64,000 nucleotides of DNA, from NCBI GenBank assembly GCA_019752815.1, contig JAIELQ010000003.1, positions 18,722 through 82,721 on the forward strand, in the 5' to 3' direction. The notes under the pieces were generated by a model. The model ran no database searches. It was not told the origin of the DNA and was given only the letters and a program-made list of their open reading frames with translations. The translations under genes and the position numbers were made by a program. This document shows, in pieces, positions 8,426-16,962 of this stretch. Position 1 is the stretch's first letter, and each line of letters opens with the position of its first letter. The stretch is from Patescibacteria group bacterium (GTDB taxonomy: Bacteria; Patescibacteriota; Minisyncoccia; Phycocordibacterales; UBA918).

Positions 8426-9683
8426 AGTTAATTTTTAACACTTCCTCTATGGTAGTTATTCCAGCAAAAACTTTATTAAACCCATCTGTAATTAATGGTG
8501 TCATACCTTCATCTATTGCTATCGCACGTAATTTTGCAGCCGACAAACGCTCCAGTATTCCAGTTCGAATTTTAGGTGTAACAACTAAAACCTCGTGAAT
8601 TCCGATACGACCACTAAACCCAGTCTGATTACACGCTTTACACCCTACTGAAGTGAATATTTTTAGTATTGAAGGAACTTCGTTTTTTGGTATTAAACGT
8701 AATAATTCACTAACCTCTATAGGAGTCAAGGCCTTTTCCTTCTTGCACAAAGAGCAAAGTCTTCTAACGAGACGTTGCCCAATTGCAATATTAACTGTTG
8801 AAGCAATTAAATACGGCTCAATTTTCATATCAAGCAAACGCGGCAACGTTGTTGCCGCGTCGTTAGTATGCAGAGTTGAAACTACAATGTGTCCGGTGAG
8901 CGCAATATTAACTGCTAATCCGGCAGTTTCTACGTCTCGTATCTCTCCAACCATTATGGTATTCGGATCTTGCCTCAAGATACTGCGCAATCCATGTGCA
9001 AACGTTAGTCCAGTTCGAGGATTAACCTGTATTTGATTGACGTCTTTGATTGCGTATTCAATCGGATCTTCGATGGTAACAATAGAAGTCTCGGTAGCGT
9101 TTTGTAGGGACAGAAGTGTGTACAGAGTCGTGGTTTTTCCGCTACCTGTTGGACCGGTTACCAAAATCATTCCATAGGGCTTTTTCATGGCAACCAAAAT
9201 TTTCTCCTGATTATCTTTGCAGAATCCCAACGAAGATAAAGAGAAGGTCTTTTGATGATTCACCAATAGTCTTAAAATTGCATTCTCACCATAGTACAGG
9301 GGCATTATTGATACTCTAATATCGATAGCAATACCATCAATACAAGTTTGTCTAAGTCTTCCATCCATTGCAGCCTGGTGCTCATCCGTTCTTAAACCAC
9401 ACAATACTTTAAGACGTGTTATTAATTCATTGTGAATTAATTTTGGAATACTGTGCACCATTTGCAAAACTCCATCAACCCTCATTTTAACCAAAATATT
9501 TTCTTCGGTGGGATTGATATGAATATCTGATGCTTGGAGTAAGTACCCTTCATTAATTAGCTGATCTAAAATAATTACTGCAGAAGCGTTGCCGCCCCTC
9601 TCTACCTCTTCTTTTACCCGGGCATTACAGTCACGTGCGGTGCACAAGTTTGGAGACGTCGATTGCAAAGAATCGTCATTCAT
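8418..9683 (-). CDS. pilB: type IV pilus assembly ATPase, GspE/PilB family
   Basis: Walker A VTGPTGSGKTT. Asp/His boxes. Tetracysteine CSLC...CKAC zinc motif characteristic of PilB/GspE and absent from PilT. Confidence 0.85.
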   Translation of the reverse strand: MNDDSLQSTSPNLCTARDCNARVKEEVERGGNASAVIILDQLINEGYLLQASDIHINPTEENILVKMRVDGVLQMVHSIPKLIHNELITRLKVLCGLRTDEHQAAMDGRLRQTCIDGIAIDIRVSIMPLYYGENAILRLLVNHQKTFSLSSLGFCKDNQEKILVAMKKPYGMILVTGPTGSGKTTTLYTLLSLQNATETSIVTIEDPIEYAIKDVNQIQVNPRTGLTFAHGLRSILRQDPNTIMVGEIRDVETAGLAVNIALTGHIVVSTLHTNDAATTLPRLLDMKIEPYLIASTVNIAIGQRLVRRLCSLCKKEKALTPIEVSELLRLIPKNEVPSILKIFTSVGCKACNQTGFSGRIGIHEVLVVTPKIRTGILERLSAAKLRAIAIDEGMTPLITDGFNKVFAGITTIEEVLKINYE

Positions 9684-9743
9684 ACCTAAATCATCCCACC
9701 TTTTAATTCATCATGCTGATGTATGAGTGCATAAGTGAGTAAA

Positions 9744-9766
9744 GATAATAATCATTATCTGATAAG
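9744..9766. promoter_or_regulatory. Fur-box-like palindrome GATAATAATCATTATCtgataag in the divergent pilB/trxB intergenic region
   Basis: 16/19 match to the canonical Fur box GATAATGATAATCATTATC. A Fur-family gene is present at 45116. Confidence 0.5.
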
Positions 9767-9879
9767 CCTGGAACGAATAATCAAACAAAACCTTTATTTT
9801 TAGAGCATTTTAATCCCCAATTCGTGATTAGGGAAAACATGGTAAACTGGTACTCACTTAGCAATTTTCAGTTTTAGAT

Positions 9880-10806
9880 ATGTACGATTTGATTATCATT
9901 GGCGGAGGACCGGCGGGAGTTTCAGCTGGCGTCTATGCCGCTCGCAAGCGCCTCCATACCCTATTCATTACCGCCGATTGGGGTGGACAGAGTATTGTCT
10001 CTGAAGATATTCAAAACTGGATTGGTGCCCCATCAATTCCCGGGAGCAAACTGGCGAGCGATCTGCGGGGACACCTCGAATCATATGCTGGTGATATTTT
10101 AACGGTCCTCTCGGGCAAAACTGCAACGAACCTCCAAAAACTAGCTGACGGGACTTTTGAAGCCACCACAAGTGACGGCGCTACTCATACTGCCAAAGCT
10201 ATTCTCATTGCCAGCGGTTCCGGACGACGTAAGCTCACCATTCCTGGTGCCGCTGAATATGAACATAAAGGTCTCACCTACTGTGCCAGTTGTGACGGCC
10301 CACTGTTTAGTGGCCAAGATGTGGTCGTAATTGGTGGTGGAAATGCCGGTTTTGAAAGTGCCGCCCAACTCCTCGCGTACTGCAAGTCAGTCACCTTGAT
10401 TCACCATAGCGATACCTTTAAAGCTGACGCTATCACCGTGGAAAAAGTGCTCGCCCATCCAAACATGCGCGTGATTAAAAATGCTGAACCAATCAGAATT
10501 GAAGGAGAAAAATTTGTTAACAGTATCACTTACCGAAATACTGAAGGAGAAGAAGTGACCCTCCCTGCCGCCGGTATCTTTGTTGAAATTGGCATGATTC
10601 CAAATACTGACTATGCCAAAGAGGCCGTCACGCTCGATGCCTATGGTCGGGTCGAAATTGACCCATGGACCCAAGCAACTACTACTCCGGGCATATGGGC
10701 CGCGGGTGACTGTACTAACGTTAAATACCACCAAAATAACATCGCAGCGGGAGATGCCGTGCGGGCTCTTGAAGATATTTACGTCCATCTAAAAACCCGA
10801 GCGTAG
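9880..10806 (+). CDS. trxB: thioredoxin-disulfide reductase
   Basis: FAD motif IIGGGPAG. Redox-active CASCDG. NAD(P) motif VIGGGNAG. Typical length. Confidence 0.8.
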   Translation: MYDLIIIGGGPAGVSAGVYAARKRLHTLFITADWGGQSIVSEDIQNWIGAPSIPGSKLASDLRGHLESYAGDILTVLSGKTATNLQKLADGTFEATTSDGATHTAKAILIASGSGRRKLTIPGAAEYEHKGLTYCASCDGPLFSGQDVVVIGGGNAGFESAAQLLAYCKSVTLIHHSDTFKADAITVEKVLAHPNMRVIKNAEPIRIEGEKFVNSITYRNTEGEEVTLPAAGIFVEIGMIPNTDYAKEAVTLDAYGRVEIDPWTQATTTPGIWAAGDCTNVKYHQNNIAAGDAVRALEDIYVHLKTRA

Positions 10807-10853
10807 GACTTCCAAAAACGTGGAATTTCGTTGTTGTGGTGCTTAAATTTTTC

Positions 10854-10878
10854 CTCACCGTACAAGCAGTACGGCTCG
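10854..10878. repeat. REP-like 3'UTR hairpin, family copy 1 (CTCACCGTAC-N5-GTACGGCTC)
   Basis: Near-identical copies at 32128, 32317 and 59464. All lie about 40 nt downstream of a stop codon and in the same orientation relative to the gene. Confidence 0.6.
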
Positions 10879-10944
10879 AATAAATTTACTTCCACGTCTA
10901 GAACTTCACTCGTTTCTGAAAGTCCCACCATATCTTATAGTTGG

Positions 10945-10982
10945 AAAAGCAAAAGGCATCCTTGCGGATGCCTTTTGCTTTT
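10945..10982. terminator. rho-independent terminator hairpin (aaaagcaaaaGGCATCCttgcGGATGCCttttgctttt)
   Basis: Long stem with a T-tract downstream of trxB. Confidence 0.6.
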
Positions 10983-11283
10983 GTACAACGTAGAGATTTA
11001 GATTTGCGCGCCCCGAAACCTTGAAAGGTTTCTAATATGGAGAAATTCACCACCACGCAAACCTGATACAATATTCTCACGGAGCAATAGGAGATGAAAG
11101 CTTTTTAAATAACGTTATTTTTCAATACGTCTGTGTATAACTAGTGGATAACCCCGTGGGTAAACAGTGGTAAAACTAGGTACATAAATGGGTATATAAG
11201 TGACTCGTGCAGGTTAGTGAAATATCTCCAAAATCTTCTCCCGTTATCACAAATGATATAATCTACCGCACGTTAAAATTATT

Positions 11284-11370
11284 GGAAGAGTCGCATAGTG
11301 GTCTAGTGCAGCGGTTTCGAAAACCGCCATCGGGGCAACCTGATCGAGAGTTCAAATCTCTCCTCTTCCG
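11284..11370 (+). tRNA. tRNA-Ser (anticodon CGA), long variable arm
   Basis: Manual fold: acceptor GGAAGAG/CTCTTCC, anticodon stem GCGGT/ACCGC with loop TTCGAAA, 17-nt variable arm, T-loop TTCAAAT. An extended -10 TGATATAAT lies about 25 nt upstream. Confidence 0.8.
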
Positions 11371-11372
11371 CA

Positions 11373-11640
11373 TTATGTATGTTTGGTCACTTTATACTGT
11401 TCACCAAACTTCCACAACTGACGCCAGATTGGAGCGAGTTCTAATCCGCGTTTGGTGAGCGCATAATCAACATGTGGCGGTACGGTATTGCAATCATGCC
11501 CGACCACTATCCCATCAGCCTCTAATTCTTTTAATGACCGTATCAGCATTTTGTAAGTAACCGGAATTAGTTCTTGTATCCTACCTGGATGACCGCAGCC
11601 TTTGCAGTGGGAGTTTTTGGAGGACTTATTGGTTCTCTTG
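11373..11640 (-). pseudogene. HxlR-family transcriptional regulator. C-terminal half intact, N-terminal half degraded with no start codon.
   Basis: Minus-strand translation gives ...GRIQELIPVTYKMLIRSLKELEADGIVVGHDCNTVPPHVDYALTKRGLELAPIWRQLWKFGEQY, matching the HxlR wing and helix 4. The upstream frame has no start and no GGKW motif. Confidence 0.4.
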
Positions 11641-11846
11641 CCATTACGTTAAAAAGTACATACTCGGTACTTATCCTCGCAGTCTCACTTACAGCCTACA
11701 TCCTACTCTATGTTGGAGATATCACAGAGGGTGTGTTTGAGGCCATGGGAACCCCACAAGTGGTCGTACTAACTATAGTAGTGCTGATTGCTGTCGGTTT
11801 ATGGTACTTTGCTCGATACTGTCAGAAAGCCGGAAAACTTGCTTGA
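11574..11846 (+). CDS. hypothetical small membrane protein (3 TM). Overlaps the HxlR remnant on the opposite strand.
   Basis: Hydrophobic ORF followed by a terminator hairpin at 11872-11899. The coding call is uncertain. Confidence 0.35.
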   Translation: MYPTWMTAAFAVGVFGGLIGSLAITLKSTYSVLILAVSLTAYILLYVGDITEGVFEAMGTPQVVVLTIVVLIAVGLWYFARYCQKAGKLA

Positions 11847-11871
11847 TTTAAGCAAAATTTCATTACCCCCG

Positions 11872-11899
11872 AAAAAAGCTAGCTGGGCTAGCTTTTTTT
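11872..11899. terminator. bidirectional terminator (aaaaaaGCTAGCtgggCTAGCtttttt)
   Basis: Hairpin with flanking A and T tracts. Confidence 0.55.
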
Positions 11900-11958
11900 A
11901 GCTTTTTTGGTATGATTGGGCGCACAAAGCGTGTCCGCATGCTTTAGCCAATAAAATA

Positions 11959-12033
11959 GGTCCCATCGTCTAACGGCTAGGACATCAGGTTTTCATCCTG
12001 AAAATCGGAGTTCGATTCTCCGTGGGATCACCA
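11959..12033 (+). tRNA. tRNA-Glu (anticodon TTC), CCA encoded
   Basis: Manual fold: acceptor GGTCCCA/TGGGATC, anticodon loop TTTTCAT, T-loop TTCGATT, 3' ACCA. Confidence 0.8.
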
Positions 12034-12307
12034 AAGAGAGAGCTGGTTCGAGCACTCGAGAAGCATCGAAACTATTAAACAAAAAACAGCTTCATTTTGA
12101 AGCTGTTTTTTGTGTTCATGGGATGTTTACTTCAAATTCTATTACGACTTTACTCATCTAAAGCTAGTAAACAAAGTTCTGAAAATGTTTTTACAATCAT
12201 TATGTTTAATGTCATAATCTTCTACAACAACTTATAATGTTAAGCGCTTTTATTACTATTAAGTTGTAACAGTGTGTTGAAATTTATCTATAACAGTAAA
12301 CAAATTT

Positions 12308-12676
12308 ATGTTTGATCATGTACAAGTAAAAGTAAGTGATTACAAAAAATCAAAAGAATTCTATGATCAGTTGATGAATGTTTTAGGGTACAAAGTAGTA
12401 TTTGAAATAAAGAATAGTGTAGTAGGGTATGGAACTAGTACCCATAACATGTTTGAGATTTCAAAAGTGCGTAAAACAGCTCCGCTCACTTCAAACGTTC
12501 ATATTGCATTTATTGCAAAGAATAAACTTGAAGTAGAAACTTTTTTTCAGACAGGAATTGAGTATGGTGGAAAAAGTAAGGGTAAACCTGGATTAAGAAT
12601 CTATGAACCTGGATACTACGCAGCTTTTCTTTTAGATCCAGATGGAAACAATATAGAAGTTGTTTGTATGGTTTAG
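12308..12676 (+). CDS. VOC-family (glyoxalase/bleomycin-resistance fold) protein
   Basis: MFDHVQVKVSDYKKSKEFY...HIAFIAKNK...DPDGNNIEVV pattern of the glyoxalase-I-like fold. Sits in AT-rich DNA. Confidence 0.55.
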   Translation: MFDHVQVKVSDYKKSKEFYDQLMNVLGYKVVFEIKNSVVGYGTSTHNMFEISKVRKTAPLTSNVHIAFIAKNKLEVETFFQTGIEYGGKSKGKPGLRIYEPGYYAAFLLDPDGNNIEVVCMV

Positions 12677-12976
12677 GATTAATCAAAATTTCATAAGTAC
12701 TGCATTCTGCTAGGTTGTAAAAGAGTGATTAAACCTGCTTACCCAAGCAAACTTAACTAAGAAATCTAGAATACACTTACAGAGTCATTAACGTGAGGTA
12801 CTTAACCCACCTTGCCCGCCAAGTCGCGCTAGCGCGAGACGCGTTGGAATTACGCAACCATAGCTAGCTATTGCGTGAGGATCGAAGCCCGATTGAGCCA
12901 GATTGCGAGCTTGCGAAACAATCTAGCCAATTGAGGTACTTAAACGCTAAGTTTCAGTTATCCGCAGGTCACAGTT

Positions 12977-13927
12977 TTGGACGTTATTTGTATCACTAGG
13001 GAGGGTGCCAAAGGGAATAATCAGGATTTATTATATCTTTTTAAAATGTTTTATACTATTCAGATGAACGCATTTAATATTTTGAATGAGTGGAAAAACC
13101 GACCATGTGTTTTGGCAACTATGCATAACAAAGACCGTGTCATTTCACCCCTACTACTCAGAGAGCTAGGTATCACCGCTACTGTTCCTGTCAATTTTAA
13201 TACCGATCAGTTTGGCACCTTTACCCGAGAAATTAAACGGGCAGGAAACCAGCTTGAAGCTGCCAGAAATAAAGCTCTGGCAGCAATGGAACTGATTGGA
13301 GTTGACCTCGGCATTGCAAGCGAAGGAAGCTTTGGCGCACACCCCGCTATGCCTTTCATTTCGAGCAACCTTGAGATTGTAGTGCTTATTGATAAACGTA
13401 ATGATCTAGAGATTATTGGGCACTATCGTTCTAGTGATGTATGTGTGCACGGACAAGCGGTCAAAACACCTGAAGAAGCAAAAAATATTGCTTGTTCTTG
13501 GGGATTTCCAGACCAAGGAGTAATTGTGCGTTTATCGGAAAAAAATAATCGGCACATATACAAGGACATTAAAACATTAGATGAATTAGATGCAGTCAGT
13601 ACACGACTACTGTCTAAATGGTTCGTAAAAAGTATTTTTATAGAAACAGATATGCGAGCCCATCGGTGCCCCAAACGTATGGAGTCAATTAGAATGGCGA
13701 CGCTTGACCTCATTAAAAATTGTAAAAGCACCTGCCCTAAGTGTGCCGCACCAGGATTTGTAATTACCGACACGGTCAAGGGTTTACTGTGCAGTCACTG
13801 TAACTTACCAACTGATTTGGTAAAAGAAACAATCTATTCCTGCCAAAAATGTAACTACAAAGAAAATAAACCAGCCATTGATACGACGTACGCTGAACCA
13901 GGAGACTGTGAGTGGTGTAATCCCTGA
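12977..13927 (+). CDS. hypothetical protein with a C-terminal multi-CxxC zinc-ribbon cluster. The true start may be the internal MNAFNIL at 13064.
   Basis: Five Cys pairs in the last ~90 aa (CPKR, CKSTCPKC, CSHC, CQKC, CEWC). The N-terminal ~200 aa domain is unrecognised. Confidence 0.45.
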   Translation: MDVICITREGAKGNNQDLLYLFKMFYTIQMNAFNILNEWKNRPCVLATMHNKDRVISPLLLRELGITATVPVNFNTDQFGTFTREIKRAGNQLEAARNKALAAMELIGVDLGIASEGSFGAHPAMPFISSNLEIVVLIDKRNDLEIIGHYRSSDVCVHGQAVKTPEEAKNIACSWGFPDQGVIVRLSEKNNRHIYKDIKTLDELDAVSTRLLSKWFVKSIFIETDMRAHRCPKRMESIRMATLDLIKNCKSTCPKCAAPGFVITDTVKGLLCSHCNLPTDLVKETIYSCQKCNYKENKPAIDTTYAEPGDCEWCNP

Positions 13928-14202
13928 TTTACTATATGCATGTAGATTGCTGGAGATCATGTATAGCTTTAGACTTAAACACCTACACTGTGAATTTCTG
14001 AAAGCTAGACAAGGTCGGGCCGAGCACACTTTGCGAATTTAGACTGTGGCGAAATACTATACGTAATGATTCGTGACCACATACAACATTCCAAACTTTA
14101 TCCAAGACTTTGCAAATATACATTTTGCCCTAATTATTGACAAAACAAGATTTATACGTACTATATTTATGGCGAAATACAATGGTTCTGAAAGGACAGC
14201 TC

Positions 14203-14436
14203 ATGCTCATTAGCAACACTAACTCCCGCCTGGACATCCTGGCGACTGACGACATGGATTACGCCCTGAGCCGGATTCCGGCCGAGATTGAATTTTGCAA
14301 AAAACACCGGCCGCCTGAGACGGAAGTTGAAGTGGTGATCGTTGAAAGAAGGCGCCATTTCTCTTTTCGTGGCATCTTGGGCGATTGTACAGGAGAAGAG
14401 ATTGTCGCCCATCTCAAAGAAAGGATCGGGAAGTAG
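14203..14436 (+). CDS. hypothetical small protein (78 aa)
   Basis: Promoter-like TTGACA-17-ACTATA at 14137-14170. RBS AAAGGA 6 nt before ATG 14203. Terminator at 14483-14520. Confidence 0.4.
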   Translation: MLISNTNSRLDILATDDMDYALSRIPAEIEFCKKHRPPETEVEVVIVERRRHFSFRGILGDCTGEEIVAHLKERIGK

Positions 14437-14482
14437 GCTCAACGGACTACAGCTCTGCAAAGCTTACACATCATAATGTCCC

Positions 14483-14520
14483 ACGAAGAAGCCCTGCTTC
14501 ACGTGGGGCTTTCTTTTTAC
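14483..14520 (+). terminator. rho-independent terminator (gaaGAAGCCCtgcttcacgtGGGGCTTtcttttt)
   Basis: GC stem followed by a T-tract. Confidence 0.55.
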
Positions 14521-14646
14521 ACAATAAATGTTTATTTCAATCCCTCACAATCTGGTTCCAATTCCCCACTATTTAAGTTAACCATGAAATATAACTAGCC
14601 TAGGGAGACTCTGCCTCAGTCGCAATTATTCGGTAATTCTGCTAGG

Positions 14647-15222
14647 ATGCGGGATATGATGATTACTTCAGCCAAATTTATAAAAGGTATTAACGGCACT
14701 GACGACTTGTTGTCTGACGGCACGCCACAAATAGCCTTTATTGGGCGCTCTAATGCGGGCAAATCAAGCCTCCTTAATTCGCTGACTAATAACAAAAAAC
14801 TGGCCATTACCAGTGACACACCCGGACGAACTCGTGAGTTGAATTTGTTTTTAATCAATGAAACACATTACTTTGTTGACTTACCAGGGTACGGCTATGC
14901 TAAAGCATCACGCGCGGTAATGGAGAAACTAGAGAAATTGATTTCCTGGTATTTGCTCGATTCTGACTATAATCCAACTGTTGTGTTACTAATAGATGCA
15001 CTGGTTGGACCAACTGCCGACGATGTAGCTATGCTCCATGAACTTGAAAAAGCTGGGCGAAATATTGTCATTGTAGCCAACAAAGTCGACAAAATTAAAA
15101 AATCTCACTATCAAACCCAGCTCAAAAAATTAAGCCAACAAATTCGTGGACATGAACTGTTCCCCTACTCTTCCAAAGCAAAAATTGGCATTACCGAATT
15201 GACCAATCGATTATTGAAGTAG
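14647..15222 (+). CDS. engB: ribosome biogenesis GTP-binding protein YihA/YsxC (EngB)
   Basis: G1 GRSNAGKSSLLN. G3 DLPGYG. NKVDK (G4). Typical length. Confidence 0.85.
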   Translation: MRDMMITSAKFIKGINGTDDLLSDGTPQIAFIGRSNAGKSSLLNSLTNNKKLAITSDTPGRTRELNLFLINETHYFVDLPGYGYAKASRAVMEKLEKLISWYLLDSDYNPTVVLLIDALVGPTADDVAMLHELEKAGRNIVIVANKVDKIKKSHYQTQLKKLSQQIRGHELFPYSSKAKIGITELTNRLLK

Positions 15223-15236
15223 TGATTGGATTCATA

Positions 15237-15266
15237 AAAGCTCCGACCTAGGTTGGAGCTTTTATT
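15237..15266. terminator. bidirectional terminator (aaaAGCTCCgacctaggttGGAGCTtttatt)
   Basis: Hairpin between convergent engB and bcp. Confidence 0.6.
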
Positions 15267-15268
15267 AG

Positions 15269-15757
15269 TTACGTCGTACTATTTTTAAATTCTTTTTGCA
15301 GTACTTTGATATCTTTGAGTAACTCAAGTGCATGATTGGCTGGGTCGACATCGGGGTACGCTTTGGCAATTTTACCTTCTGGATTAATTAAATATGAAAT
15401 ACGGTTGGTGCCTCGAACCTCTTTACCGTACATTTTCTTCACCACAAATGCCCCGTATTTATCCATCATCTCCATCGTTGGGTCAGATAGTAGTGTAAAT
15501 GGCAAACTATATTTCTCGGCAAATTTTTTGTGTGACTTTGGTGTGTCTTTACTCACTCCCAAAACAGTCACTTTAAGTCGTTTAAAATCTTTGTACACAT
15601 CAGCAATCATACAAGCTTCCTTGGTACAACCAGGGGTATCGTCTTTAGGGTAAAAGTACAACAGCATCCAACTACCCTTGTATTGCTTCAGAGTATGCAA
15701 TTCGTTATTTTGATCTGGCAAAGAAAAGGCAGGTGCGTTGCGTCCAATTTTTAACAT
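15269..15757 (-). CDS. bcp: peroxiredoxin, Bcp/PrxQ type thiol peroxidase
   Basis: Peroxidatic motif PKDDTPGCTKEAC. AhpC/TSA fold length. Confidence 0.8.
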   Translation of the reverse strand: MLKIGRNAPAFSLPDQNNELHTLKQYKGSWMLLYFYPKDDTPGCTKEACMIADVYKDFKRLKVTVLGVSKDTPKSHKKFAEKYSLPFTLLSDPTMEMMDKYGAFVVKKMYGKEVRGTNRISYLINPEGKIAKAYPDVDPANHALELLKDIKVLQKEFKNSTT

Positions 15758-15866
15758 AATATAAAATGATTACTACTGTAGTATACCAATAAATTAACTA
15801 CAGCACCCTAAAGTTCACAAAAGGTATCCCCAGTCGTTCACTCAATTACCGTGCTACACTACTGCC

Positions 15867-16622
15867 ATGCTGAAACTGATTTCTGTAAATATGGAGGGAG
15901 AGAAGCACTTCCCTCGTATTCTCTCCTTGATACACTCTGAAAATCCCGACATTATTTGTTTCCAAGAATGTCCTGAGTCATTCAAAAATAATCTACACAA
16001 TTTAGGCTACCGGAGTGATTTTTTGCCTATGCGGTATTGTATCCAAAACGATGTGGAATATATAGAAGGTTTGGTTTTTGCGAGCAAGCTTCAGTTTGCA
16101 TCAATTCATAAATACTACTATCAACCGGATTACGATCTACCAAAACAACCAATCCCTACCCCAAAACCATCAATGCACCATGGGTACATCCTGGCGACTC
16201 TTGAACATAATGGTCAGTTGTATCATATTGCGACCACGCATGTCATGTGGACTCCAGACGGAATGCCCACTGAACACCAAACTCAGGGTGTCAAAAAACT
16301 GCTGAGCTTACTACAGTCTGAAAAAGCGCATATTATCTGTGGAGATTTCAACATGCCACGTAATGTAAATCCGTTGTACGAGGAAATTGTTAAAAATTAC
16401 ACTGACACTATCCCCCCAGAATATATGAGTAGCCTCGATCCAACGCTACATCGACTTGCAAAAGTGCAAGATCTTAACGCACCAATTTTTGATAGGTATA
16501 TGGTTGATTATCTATTTTCTAAACCTGACTTCGCTGTCACAGGTGTACGTTTACAATTTGGAATCTCGGATCATGCCGCCATTGTAGCCACTATTGCAAA
16601 AATAGACCCAGAACATCGCTAG
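15867..16622 (+). CDS. endonuclease/exonuclease/phosphatase (EEP) family protein
   Basis: IICGDFNMPR and GISDHAAI motifs (catalytic Asp/His of the EEP fold). Confidence 0.7.
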   Translation: MLKLISVNMEGEKHFPRILSLIHSENPDIICFQECPESFKNNLHNLGYRSDFLPMRYCIQNDVEYIEGLVFASKLQFASIHKYYYQPDYDLPKQPIPTPKPSMHHGYILATLEHNGQLYHIATTHVMWTPDGMPTEHQTQGVKKLLSLLQSEKAHIICGDFNMPRNVNPLYEEIVKNYTDTIPPEYMSSLDPTLHRLAKVQDLNAPIFDRYMVDYLFSKPDFAVTGVRLQFGISDHAAIVATIAKIDPEHR

Positions 16623-16706
16623 CAATACTGGAGATATGTCACGGCATGTACCAAATAAAAAAGTCCTACTCGCACTGAGTAAGGACTTTTTCAAAACAGC
16701 TTGGCA

Positions 16707-16934
16707 TTACATGGTAACCGAAGACATGACAACATGTCTGCGCCATTCAATCCAGGCTTTACCTACTCCATCCCAATATGGAGTACCAGACCAGCCACAG
16801 GCACAGAGCGCCACATCACCATTATGTTCAGTATCAACGTATACATAATGTCCACGTTGTTCAGCAAAGGTTTCGAACAGCTTCCTTCTGTCGATATCTT
16901 GGTACGTAACCATGCCTAGGCTTGATGTCATCAT
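16707..16934 (-). CDS. hypothetical small protein (possibly shorter; starts at MVTYQDI)
   Basis: ORF only. The minus-strand frame looks more protein-like than the overlapping plus-strand ORFs. No recognised motif. Confidence 0.25.
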   Translation of the reverse strand: MMTSSLGMVTYQDIDRRKLFETFAEQRGHYVYVDTEHNGDVALCACGWSGTPYWDGVGKAWIEWRRHVVMSSVTM

Positions 16935-16962
16935 TCACCTCCGAACAATTTCTGAGGCTACA

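Noticed and set aside
11207-11458. 83-aa plus-strand ORF
   Set aside because: It overlaps tRNA-Ser (11284-11370). The translation is of tRNA sequence.
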